Origin: Phoronis australis
Taxonomy: Eukaryota; Animalia; Phoronida
Length of the DNA: 64,000 bases
Direction: 5' to 3'
Assembly: GCA_002633005.1 (NCBI GenBank)
Contig: NMRA01000140.1
Location: 186,001-250,000, forward strand
Position numbers and translations under genes: made by a program
Part shown: one piece after another, positions 11,491 to 24,200 of the stretch
How the letters are laid out: each line of letters starts with the position of its first letter
How positions within the stretch are numbered: the stretch's first letter is position 1
The notes under the pieces: model-generated
The model's input: only the letters and a program-made list of their open reading frames with translations
Told to the model about the DNA's origin: nothing
Database searches by the model: none

Positions 11491-12380
11491 ATACGCCGTA
11501 AAACGTAACAATTCCGTAAAATGTAGCAACTGTTACATTTTACGTTGCCAGGCCTCTCCTAAAACCTAACAAGTTGTTACGTGATTTTAAGTAATTGTTA
11601 CAGTTTGTCACACGGAGGAAAACGATTTACGCACTCAACGTTTTTTTTCTCGAATTGCTTGAATGAAATTCTGTCAAATGTGCCAGCTCTCATGTGTCCC
11701 TATGTACTTTTCATTGTTTTTTTTTAACATGGATAGTTTCTTAGTATTGTCAAAATGTACCCCGTGCAGTTTCAATTCCAGACGAAAGGAATTTCCAGGA
11801 TCAAGTAACAAGTTAGTTGTTGTTAAGCCGTTCTTGCAATCTTTTGTTGGCGCTCCAGGTCATAAACCAATCCGGCATTACAATAAACACAATGCTCTTG
11901 GTAAGCACAGCAGAAAAATGACATCGCATTTTGGCTAATATTTATCGTATTTCTTTAGAAAAAAGGAACACAACAAAAAAATTTACGAAGAATTCAATTT
12001 CGGAAGTCAATTTCATAGAAAAATCAACCGTTTTAGTCTTATTACTTACATCACAAACAATATTGTGCTTGCCCATAGTACAAAACTAATCAAGTTTTGA
12101 AGTTGGCGCAAATCTAAAACGAGATTTAAATCTCAACCTCCTCGTTTCCAAAAAGTAGGCCTACTCTGCATCCACAGCGGTCAAGACTTTCCTCACAACA
12201 TCGTTAAGGTTGAACCCAGGAACCCCTTTAAAATCCTTTTGAAACAGCACCCCCTGTCCATTATGGGAAGCCCGGTGAAAACAATGAAACATAAATGAGA
12301 TGCTTTTAATGATGCATTAGAAACTATGCTAAGCATGTATTGTGCATGTTGCACTCTGTCCTGGTTAAATAAATTCAAAA

Positions 12381-12430
12381 GTAATAACAATAACAAAAAT
12401 AATAATAATAGTAATAATAGTAGTAATAAT
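12381..12430. repeat. (AAT/AAC/AGT)n microsatellite
   Basis: GTAATAACAATAACAAAAATAATAATAATAGTAATAATAGTAGTAATAAT. Confidence 0.85.
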
Positions 12431-13279
12431 GATTGGTTAGCCAAATTCATGGCGTGTCAGCCCGGAGGATATTCCTATAAAACAGGTATACGAAAAGTGC
12501 AGCCCAAAAGAGCGTTTTGACAGCAAAAATACTCTCCAAAATGGTGCCATTTCGACAAAATACTATCTAAAAGGGTGTCTTTCTGAATTTCTGGAATAGA
12601 ACTGCGAAAATGTGAATTTTTACACAAAATTGCTCTCTAAATGGGTAACTTATTTGTCCGAGACCACTCTTTACGTGGGTAGGCCTATATCTATGCCCTA
12701 AAGTATATGTTTCAGCTCAAGTCTTTCATCAGTGTAAAACTGAATTTCTCCCATTTACCAAAGCGCTTTGGGCCGGTTTAAAAACATTACCACGTTAATC
12801 TGATGTTGTTGAATTATTGTGGAATGAGCTCATGGCAAGTCGAGTCACAGGCAATGCGTACATGCGCAAATGCTAGTATTAACCAACTCCATTACAAACT
12901 ATTTTTTTTTGCACCAGCGTGCGGTTTCGATATACTTGTTGGTAACGGAAATAGAATTCTATCTCGACAATTAAAGGAATATTATGAGATCTACATCAAA
13001 GGGCGAAAAGCAACGTCCACCCTGTATTACAAAAACAACTTCCGATTTAGACACCGTAACGAAATTCGACTCCGATTTGTTTTTTGGTCATTTTTTTATT
13101 GATTTTAGGGGTCTAAATATACTGTTAGTTCTGCGCCAACACGACCACTTTTAAAAATCACTTCTGTCAGGAATAAACTGACGCTGTTCTTAGTTTATTT
13201 TATTCTATTGCTTGCTCTGTTTGTGTACTAGCAGATAGCACCTGACTGACATGACCCATGAGGTCTGTTACAATAGCAT

Positions 13280-14535
13280 GATACAAATTTCGTTAAAAAC
13301 ACGACTAAACTTTTTGTTTTAAAGCTTGATACAAAGTCTCTCGCAGTGTCGAAACAATCTCCTTTTTCAGGTGTCGTGCAGCTATGTAGCAAAAACACCA
13401 AGAGCCATAAACGAACAAAGAAGTTAAAACACTAGCTATATTTCGAGACTGCATGTCTCATCCACATACAATAAGTGGAATGATCATATACGAAGCGAAA
13501 TAAACAGTGAAATGCACGTGACAACAGGAAGAGGGCCATACAATTAGCAGAAGGTATGAAAGTATCACAGGGTAGGAAGCCCACAGAGCCAGCGTGCGGT
13601 ACACACCTGTGAGCTGCTAATTCAGCACAGGTTTTTCGGGACTGACCAATAGGGATTCCAAAATCTTTAACTGAAACGAGCCATTTTCAACAGAGCAAAT
13701 GATGGTATTGCCTACTATTTATTGTCTAATTATTTTTCGCGGACCATGTTGGTGTACAAAATGATCTTGAATGGACCCGCACTGCAAATGCATGGTCAGC
13801 TGTCGGGTGAGGGAACACACTGGTGTGTCCAATACATTACTGTTCACGACTCGGAGAATGAGAAAGACATTCGTCCATATGACATGTGAATTGGTAAACA
13901 ACATTACATTTGGCCAGTGGTCGTAATCTTTCACGACTGGGGTTGTTTTTCATGACAAGGTGACGTGACTTTATATTCTGATAATAAATAATTACATTCA
14001 ATCTATCACCATGTTCGACCACCTTAACGTTATCCCTCAAAACCTTTCTTAAGCACATGTTGGTCACTCAGATAATTATTAGACATACAGTTCATATAAT
14101 ACACATTCTTAGTGGTACTAGTGCTAGGTTCAGTGTCAATATGAGAGTCAATCCTAGATATGAAAGACCTAATCTGGTTATTAACAAAAGAATTAGTATA
14201 ACCATTGTTAATCACTGTCAGCGAACCATAGGGGGCTGGGGGCTATAGCCCCTCACTTATTTCAGTGGTGCGCTGCCCATGTTAACTAGAACTTGTTTTA
14301 TGCATTGATCTGCTGAATACTTGCCAATCAGATGACACTGATAATTTTCTTTCATATATGTTCATTCCACAGTCTCAAAACATAGCTAGTATTTTAATTT
14401 GTTTGTTTGTTACGTCTCTCAGTGTTTTGCTATATAGCTGCACACCTGAAGAAAGGAGATGTTTCGACACTACGAACTAGTCTGTATCAAGCTTTCAAAC
14501 AAAAAGTTTAGTTGTGCTTTCAACGAAGTTTGTGT
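13280..14535 (-). mobile_element. Penelope-like retroelement remnant (GIY-YIG endonuclease) with inverted pLTRs
   Basis: Frameshifted minus-strand peptides NNGYTNSFVNNQIRSF, CNVVYQFTC...IGHT and LTRQLTMHLQCGSIQDH; ~200-bp inverted repeats at 13280-13510 and 14336-14535. Confidence 0.82.
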
Positions 14536-14806
14536 TAAGAAAGGCTGCTACCGAACTATACTAATAGTATAGTAGGGAACATTCTAGAAGATTCTAGCAT
14601 GTTAGTGATTAATGAAGTTTGGAACATTCTAGAGCCTGGTACATGTTTGTAGAACGATTGGGAAGAATCTGGAAAGTTCTAGAATGTGCTTGAATTGGAG
14701 AAAACTTCCAGAATACTGTAATAGACTATAAATACTCAGACACGGTGAGGTGTACATATGAAATATTACATCCATTTGATCATTTGCAACCCTTTGTGAC
14801 CCCGAC
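14533..14806 (+). mobile_element. LTR-like remnant with heat-shock elements, TATA box and a tRNA-Trp-like primer binding site
   Basis: Starts TGTT; nGAAnnTTCn arrays at 14577-14715; TATAAATA at 14727-14734; TTGTGACCCCGAC at 14794-14806 resembles PBS-Trp TGGTGACCCCGAC. Confidence 0.5.
14577..14713. promoter_or_regulatory. Heat-shock element cluster
   Basis: GAACATTCTAGAAGATTC (four perfect inverted units) and GAAAGTTCTAGAA; GAA recurs at 14652/62/72/82/92. Confidence 0.55.
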
Positions 14807-14851
14807 TGCCTTTACACAGAAAAACAAAACTAATTTCCATTTCTTCGCAGC

Positions 14852-14857
14852 TTTATT
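14852..14857 (-). terminator. Putative XPO4 polyadenylation signal AATAAA
   Basis: TTTATT on + strand, about 80 nt after the XPO4 stop. Confidence 0.5.
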
Positions 14858-14934
14858 TTTTCATCTCCATGTGGTCTATCCTTGAGAAATTTCCTCTTTG
14901 CCATCTTCAGTGCACCCCATTCTTTGCAACAGTA

Positions 14935-15225
14935 TCACTTCACACATAAAAATCCACGGACATTGATGAGAAATCGATCTAAATTCTCCATGAACTGAAT
15001 CCGATTTAGTCTGCTGCTTTTCAGCTCTAGACTCGGTGGAGTGAGTTCATTGAATGCCACCAGGAGTCTCTGGAAGTACTGCTGATCCGTCTGCCTGTGC
15101 AGCACTTCCTGTACCAGGGCCTGGTACTTTACAGGGTGGCAGCAGATGAGAGCAAATAGTGCCCTGCCAGCAGGATCTATCAACTCCATGTCAAACGTGT
15201 CTGTAAGCAACAACTGGAAGACAAC
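14935..15225 (-). CDS. XPO4: XPO4 exon 22 (to stop)
   Basis: TTGCAG; VVFQLLLTDTFDMEL...FLINVRGFLCVK-TGA. Confidence 0.95.
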   Translation of the reverse strand, partial: VVFQLLLTDTFDMELIDPAGRALFALICCHPVKYQALVQEVLHRQTDQQYFQRLLVAFNELTPPSLELKSSRLNRIQFMENLDRFLINVRGFLCVK

Positions 15226-18200
15226 CTGCAACAGGAAACAAGGGCAGTAGCCATGAATGGTGATCGAGTGGTGTCAACTCTTTCACTGTCGCATGTGTTT
15301 TCAGGACAGTTATCCAGTCACTGCACCAATAGGTGAGTTGAGTACCTTGCTGTTCTTGGCCCAGTTAAACCTCAATTTCATGGGAGATAACTATTGTTGA
15401 ATGGCACTGGCAGACAACAGGAGTACCTTTTACCAAATTGCGGATGAAAGTTTTTCTATTTTTAAGAAGAAATTGTGACCAATCCCCCACTGTCTGTGAA
15501 GACAGACACATGGATTTACAACCTTGCAGCAATTTGAAGAATTTTTGTTGAGCACTTAACCCCTCAAAACCCAAATGTAAAATCAGGAATGCCACATTCC
15601 TCTCTGGTAACTGACACAATACTCTGATGAAACACAACTGATAAATGCCAGACAATCTCGATTATCAATCAACATGATAACAGTAAGATCGCAGCCATTC
15701 CTCAGTTTGATTTGAGAAAAGATTATTTTTCCTTGAGAAACCATTTCCCTAATTCCAAACATTTTGCAGTTACCAAACATTGTCACCTGTGTCAAAATAT
15801 CACCTATATTGATCCATAATATTCAGAAAACTGATATATAATTTCCTTCTCTCACTGGTAAATTTCTTAACAGATATCTTGCAGTAACACTATTTCATAC
15901 GGAAATGGCTATTGGAATGTTTCTCACAAGGAGAAAAACAATTCACAACATGCTCACCCTCAAAAAATGAATCATGGACTCTTCCACTTGACCCTGACTT
16001 CCAGCTACACAGATATGTTCTGCCACTGAGAACAACAGCTCAAGACAACTCCTACAGACGTCGGTGCCGAACGAGACGAGACCCAGGTCAACTGACATCA
16101 TCATGTTGCGGTAGAGTTCAGCTGGTAGCAGACACAACTTGTCAGGGAACAGGTCGGCAATGAAAGACACTAGCTTGTAATACTGAGTGCATAAGACTGG
16201 AAACTGAAATGAAAGAGCTGGGCGTTAAGATGAAGTAATAGTCAATCGTTAACAGGAACGCAAATGTGCGCATTTAGGTGCGTGTACATGAAGCTGCGTC
16301 TGTAACTAATTAGACACACACGCCTGTATGAGAAACACTTCCGTAAAACAGAGGAGCAAATATCTAAAATATTGTGTGAGTCACTGCATCAAACTTGATT
16401 ATCTGCAAAAAATGATAGATGTTGATGTAAATGAAAATTATTCATTTAACAATGAAGTTCAACAAAAACATAAAACCACACCCCGTTCAAGTCAAGCCCC
16501 TATAAGTACTTCACAACATTCCTAACGTTCAATGCCAAGGATACCATAATTGAAGTTGATCAGTACTACACATGCACGCAACCAGCCTAAAATATTAACA
16601 TATGGGTGGGGGCTCGAATTCTTTGATATGCGGACCTTTTACTGAAAAAAAATCAACAAAGACTAAACAAAAAAAAACACTTCAGGCCTGCCAGTCGTGC
16701 ATCTCCACCGAATTCCTGTGGACGTTGTGGACTTTTGTCGCGTTTACTCGGACTTTTCGTTTCACTGAGGACTTTTGGCCCAATTCGCCAAATTGGGGGG
16801 TCTCATTCCCCTTGGTGCACCCATGCTACACCCAGGACTTGGAATGACCAATGACAAAAAAGCGGGAAAATTTTCCAGGTGATGTATCGTTCCACAAATA
16901 AATACGCTTGTGTGATAGAAATTTTTTTTGTTGTAAAATTTAACTGGAACAATCGTTTTTGCAAGATAAAGTCAAAATGACAAAAGGAGATGAAAAAAGA
17001 GGAAACCAGAAATCAAATGAGAGGAAATTGAAACCAAAAAAGAGGAAATCCTCATAAAAGAGGAAAATTCCAAGCCCTGTACACCATGGCAAATGAGAGG
17101 TTATTATGTCAGAAACTCACTCGATGACTAGAGATGGAAGGATTGTCCATTATTGCTCACCTTCATAACTTCAGGATCCATGAGAGGTATGATGATGTTT
17201 AAACCATACAAGACAACATCAGAGGCAGCTACTGGTACCTCACCTGGTTCTTCTGTGGAGACAACAGGACTTCAATAAACAACAACATTATAACGGGCGT
17301 TTCCCAATTAAGTCATCTACCCTTTCCATGATGACTTGTGTGGTCATCTATCCTAACCAGGATCACAGAACTGGACACAACTCCAATTAATGACCCTAGC
17401 AGTGTATCCCTCATACTAAGTTTGGTAAAACAAAGCAAATAATATTACAGTTCCACACAACGATGTGACGTTTTAAACTGGTATCACATCTTTGACACGG
17501 CATGACAAACTTTGCAGCACAACTTGTTTTGAAAGTCCAGCCATCATTGGCAAACAAACACGATTAGGTTAAGAAGGTTTTCAAACGGAGAAAGTAAGAC
17601 ATCAGTGGCTGGACATCAAGTCGAAAACACTATAACCCATGTTAAAACTGAAATGATTGAAAATTCACGAGAGCTGAACAGATGCAGCAATTCGCTAACC
17701 AACATCACATCGACAAGATCTGCAACAAAAAAATAGCTTGGGACAGGAAATGCAGGAACCCATCTGGCTCAACAGTATAAATCCATCAATTATTGTGTGG
17801 CAAGTTGAATTCCAGGGAGTACTTATCTATTCTAATAAAGCTGCCCAATGAATTAGTACAATAGGGTCTGACAGGCTGACTCCATTCACGTACTCAAGTT
17901 AGGCTGAAAACTTGGAGGAGGCAGTGTGGCTTAATATATGCTTCCTTTACTCAAGGTCACGTGCCCTCTTGGGGCACACTGCTAGACCACTGAGTCAGGC
18001 TCTGCTTGGTTTTAACTCTACATTAATAAAGCACAAAAAGGGTTCCATGTGATATGTGTAATGGGCCCACCTGAGTGGCCGAAGCAAGTCTGGTACAATG
18101 TGTACTAAACTGCCCGCCTTTTATTCTGCTGAACATTGGAGTTGCTTTGTTATTGACTAAGTCTGGCAATTCGTCTCGGATAAACCTTGGGCATGACAAC

Positions 18201-21200
18201 AGCTAACTAAGTAGTAAGAAATTACAATAAGATATGATTACCACCCACCACCAGCTGCGAAGTCGAGGAAGTCCTTGGACAACATGTGCATAAGTAGGTC
18301 TATGAGCAAAAGCAAGTCATTGAACTTGTCCTCGTCATCTTCGTCTGTCACAGTCCTCCTCTTCCCGCTAGTGTGTTTAGCGTACATTTGAATGAGTGAC
18401 AGGCAAACTTCGTAGATTTTCTTGGAGTTGGACTACAATTAACAAAGGAGTCGGTTAATTACTGTGTCGGGACTATTGAACTCCCTGTTGTGTTCTGGCT
18501 GCTACAAGGTTTATTAATTTTGATTGTCCATGGAAGTATGGTTACCAAAAGAATAACTGCTATTCATTGTGTTGGACTCGTTCAAGCTCTAAACATTGCC
18601 CTGGTAGAAACAGCTGTTTCGAAAAAGGCCAAGTGTGTCCCACATCAGTTGACGCAGCAACAAAAACCTGAAGTGTGATTTTCAGAGTGGATGAATTGAT
18701 ACTCATTTGAGTACGGCAAATGTAGTTGTACATTTTATCTTTAAAATTATACATAACTACCACATCACAAAGTAAACTTCACGCCAACATCCAACATCCT
18801 CCCAAATAATTCTTACATAAGAATTACAAAAATGACAGGAGTTTCAAGATATATAAATAAGTAAATATTATCATCAAAAATTACATATTAACAAAATCAA
18901 GGAAAGGAAACAGAGATGTTAAGATGCAACACATGACATATATAACTGTCTGATGCCAGTCAATACGAGAAGCGGATGTCTCACCACGTTTAACCAGTCT
19001 ATCATGTTCTGTACTGTCTCCGAGAACACCTCGATAATGAGCTGAACCATATCCTCATAGTTATGGTAGACATCTGTAAGTCGAAGGGTACAGTTAGTAA
19101 GTCCTAGGACAACAGAGACAGTTTTGTTGGATGGTAGGTTATCAAATTATTTCAATATTAATGCATATCAAACGTTTCTAGAAAAACAAATGAATGGAAT
19201 GATCAAGGTAGATCAGTAATTATCATAATTTATGCAATTTCAGTAATTATCATAATTTATGCAATTTCTTATCACTGAGCAACAATAAATGATCAAAAGA
19301 GGGGTTTTCTGTGAATAATGCCACGAACACCGATCAGACTCATATCAGACTGGCCATCATTTATAATCAGCCTGATAGGAATTATCAACCAAAATAGGGG
19401 AGTACCATTTGGAATACTGCTAACTGGACAGGCAGCTACAAACTCATTGTTTGAAATCATTATAGCTCACCAATTATTGTTCACAACAGAAAAAATGTTA
19501 AATACGTAACTTTTGACTTCAATCAGTGGCAGCCTCAACTAAATGTTCAGAGAAGGTGAAGACTGATGTCAAAATAATTATGTTAAAAAAATCTTTCAGT
19601 TAGGTACACAACATGGTGGTCCAGTGAAATTAGATATCATAACATTTCTCAAGTTATATTTCATTGTAAGCACGGCTTGCATACTGCAACTATTACTAAA
19701 TAACATTTTAACGTGAAATTCTGAGCCTTTGTGGCAAAGTAAATAGCCTAAAAAGTGTCAATCATGACAATTCTTTTAGCTCCAAATTGAAGAATTTTCA
19801 CAGTAATACAGATTAAGTTGTGTCTTGAGCAAATTTTGTGCAGTCGCAATTTTTGATTGAAAGTTCAGGATCAAGAGAAGCATCCACTTTAAAATTTGAC
19901 AAGAAAAGGACCCTGGGGTCTATCCCATGAAAAGTGACGTAATACTTAAGTTGGAAACTAGTTCTTACGCTCCGCACAGCTATTTCTGAAAAATAATAAA
20001 GTCTCACTTGAGTAAAAGTGAAAAGTGTCTGAGAATATAAACATAACTCTTGCGACTGAGAGTATTTCAGTAAATCAACAGAGTGCGACGCGTTCAATAA
20101 ATCAATAGAGAGCGATGCGTTCAATAAATCAGTAGAGTGCGATGCGTTCAGTAAATCAATAGAGAGCGATGCGTTCAATAAATCAATAGAGTGCGATGCG
20201 TTCAATAAATCAATAGAGTGCGACGCGTTCAATAAATCAATAGAGTGCGACGCGTTCAATAAATCAATAGAGTGCGATGCGTTCAATAAATCAATAGAGT
20301 GCGACGCGTTCAATAAATCGATAGAGTGCGATGCGTTCAATAAATCAATAGAGTGCGACGCGTTCAATAAATCAATAGAGTGCGATGCGTTCAATAAGTC
20401 AATAGAGTGCGATGCGTTCAATGAATCGATAGAGTGCGATTGTGAAGTGGGAGGGTAAGAAAATGTCTGTCTTAAGTTTCACGTTACTTTCATGAAACAG
20501 AGCCAGACCCCTAGACCCCGTCTGGAATTGCCGTTGACCTGTCTTCAAACAACACCTTGTAAACATCTCAACATTTGCAGGGAAGCAGTAAGTATTCAAA
20601 AATGGAACAACAACGAGTTTAGCAATCATTTTGTCTTAAAGGAAAAAATTTTTACTGTAAAGACCATCCAGTCACTTAAGATGAACTTTGAATTCCCGTT
20701 CATATAGCCTACCCAGTAATGGCACCAGATCTTGAAGGGCAGGGTGTAGGATGGTGAACACCTCATTAGTGTTCACAGCCTCTGCGCCCTGGCCCACCCC
20801 ACACAGAGACTCTAGTAAGCTGAGTAGTTGTGTCTTTGTTTGCTGGTCGTGAAACGTTTTGAGGAAACTCTCCTGACACGTGACTGCTCTCAGGCTTGAG
20901 TGGATGCCATTGATGAGCTGAATATGGACAAGGTAAAGATGACGTGAAAACTATGGTTCACAGTCTGGGAGGACAGAGAACACTTCATTCTTACAGGATA
21001 CGCAGCTTGAATATTCAGCAAATACAGCAACAAATAACAATGATACAATTTCATAGACAGATGAACAAATTTTAGTGGTTGAAGAAATACTGACTTACAC
21101 AACATTTGTTCACGTACGATCATGCGTAGCAAAACAGGACATTACATAATGTTAACACTGACATGAACCTGCCTTCTGCCAAACACGATCAACCTTTCAT

Positions 21201-24200
21201 TAAGAGCACTTACCATTACAGAGCTCTTCCAACTTTGTTTCTCACTCACTTTAGAAGTTGTTTCAGGACTTGACAAGAACTCACAGTTTGTTATTGCTTG
21301 AGGCCAAATTATTGAACCTGGTCTCCACCAATAATGGTCAGTTCTTCCCGAGCCAAGGTAACACTTCTAACCCAAGTAAGGAGCAATTTGAGATCAATTT
21401 CATAAGGATAGGAGGTCTAAATTAGACACTATTTTACAACAGGAGTTCTAAGTCGGACACATATTACGACAGGAGGTCTAAATCGGACGTTATTTTATGC
21501 CAGAAAGTGGGTTTACAGCAATTTGAAAGAAATGCAGAAGGATGGACATTTGTTGAGAAAACGTTTTCACAGAACAACTGCTCCACGGCATCATACTTCC
21601 CTTTTTACTTGATGGAAATAAACAGGAAATGCAAAAAGAACAAAGCTGGCGGGTATTATTGATCATCCAGTGGATAAGTACAATTATCATACCAAAAACT
21701 GAAAGTCATTCGTGACTTATTTGAAGACTGAAATCTACCTGGTGGCATGGGTCGATCTTGAAGCAAATGGCAGGGTATGCGTTGAGCAACAGCTGGTCTT
21801 GCTTATGAGAAATGCTGACGCGAATCTGAGTCCATTTCTTATAGTATCAAAAACAATCCTTTACAGCTCAAGAATGACACAGGCCACCATGTGTCGCAGA
21901 AGTTTGGAAAGGTTGGCAGTGCCGATGAAATGTAACTTTCTTTCCTCATAAGTAAGTATTAGTAAGCCTATTACAATTTTTCAGTATTACATTACCTCCT
22001 TCCAGTAGTTAATTTTACTGTCTTCATCCTCTATGGACAAGCCAGCCAGGACAAGAGCCTTGGAGAGCAGACGTTTGGCAGCAGATGGCAGATTTCTAAG
22101 AGGCAGCTGATTGGCTGCTAACTGTTTGGCAAGGTCCCACACAGTGGGATACTGAATAACGCAGCTACACCTGGTGTCAAAGAGAAGAACATAATATACA
22201 TCAGCTGGAGAATACTGATCTGGCAGTCATTTAAATCTGTTGCCTTTTAAAAAAATATAAAAATATTTTAAAATTTGTTTTATCTATTTGTAAGTAGCTT
22301 ACTCCAAACACTGCTTTTGAAATCTGTGACAAAATTAAATGTAAATACCTTGAAATCTTTTTTTATACAAAACTCTTTTACGATTTGTCAGTTGTTTGTG
22401 GAGACAATGAGGTCAACAAACACGGGTGCCTAGTCTTGTCAAGTAAAATGTTACGGGGCACTTGTAAGGGTTTGGGCATTAATTGAGTGGATAACTTTAC
22501 TGTCATTAAAAATGCTATGTCTCATTAAGCTTCAAATATGCAAATGAAGTACTAGTTTACAAAGAATCACGGGACTTCTAATGCGCCAGAAACCATCCGA
22601 GAATCAGTTAACATTACTACCTCGTGAGTCTCATTTTGCAGGACTATTTTTCATCGTTACCCTAATAAAACAAGGCACAGTTTATATTATTTGCATACTT
22701 CACAATCAAATAATAATTGTATAGTATTTAGATGTATCAAATGTGGTGCTTTTTTAAACCACAATTTATTTACTGATTTTTTCTTTTCCTGACTATACTT
22801 GTACACACAGTTCTTCAGGGAGTCACCGGGTGGCGCTTGATACAAATTTAAACATTCACGGTTTTAATGAAGCGTAACGTCTTTAAGAGTTGCCAATAGG
22901 AGTCAGTTGAGTCATTGTGTAACTCAAATAGGAAACAAAATCGACACTGGTGAACAGAAATCTTCCGGAATATTAATGACTTCTAACTAATTTGACCACT
23001 TGCGGCGACTAGCCACTCAAATAAAGAATCAAAATCAACAATGTTGAACACATCAGACTAGAGAGATGGGACACATAGCCATATAAATCAAGAAAACTAA
23101 ACACAGCAGACTATATTTAGTCCCACTAAACCACTCGAGACATTAAGTCATTCGATCAAAAATCAACAATCTTGAAAACTGTACACCACTAATCAAAACT
23201 TCTTACTGGACCATCCGAGACAATCCTCAAATCACTCAAAAGCAATTTGAAAATCCCAAATCTTGACCACTGGTCAACACTGCTGACCCGACCGTGTATA
23301 CATGCAGCTTACCTAACCTTCACCTCCACCAGAGTCACTAACATTTGCGCTGTCTCCTTCACCAGCTCTGGCTCAGCCGTCCATACAGAAAGAATAGACG
23401 CTATCTTATCCAACAGGCACTTGACGACCCATTTTGCACCATCGGTGTCGCGTCCAAAACAGGTGACAAAAGTCATGCTAATCTGTAAAGGGATACAAAC
23501 GTAAATGAGACATGAGAAAACGCATCCAGCAAATAAGTGCATGTTCATTTCATCAACTCCTACTATGCTTCAATGACACATGATGCAAGTAATCTAGTAA
23601 TATGAAACCAACTGGAGTTTGCAACATCATATATGGATCCCATAAGCTTTCAAAAACATCTACACTTTGTTAGACAAACACATCAGTTCTGTACAAAATA
23701 TTGCTCTCATCACCGAATATTTCATGAGGTGATTTAATTTCAATGTCAATTTTTTGCATATGGATAACCAGGGTTGCACTGATTTCTACTTCATCAGACA
23801 GCTCACCTTAAACGGATGCAAGGGTCAAAGTGAGTGTCCGTTGACACTCAGATTTTGCACGCACCCCCACCCGTCGTTAGCTCAACATGTTGATATAAGT
23901 TTCACAATGAGGTGATGAGCAGAAGTACCCGGATGGAGTGGAATTTTGAGGTGCATGTGAAGTTAACAAAAAGCAGTTCCTGGCTGTATTTTGACGTCAG
24001 TCTTCACGAAGCTAGCTGGCTGGCTTCTTACCTCTGAGTAGTGGTTCTCATCGGGGAGTAAATAACAGCGTAACCATCGGGTGAAGAACCAGACGAGGGA
24101 TCTAGTGACTTCAGGACTGAGGTAGTGGACCAGGCCAGCCTTCGCAGCGTACATCTCAACGCCACACAGACTGAACACACTAGCTATCAGCCTGCAATTC

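Noticed and set aside
19813-20421. 202-aa ORF with NASHSIDLL repeats
   Set aside because: Translation of a 27-bp intronic minisatellite; there is no gap in XPO4 for it.
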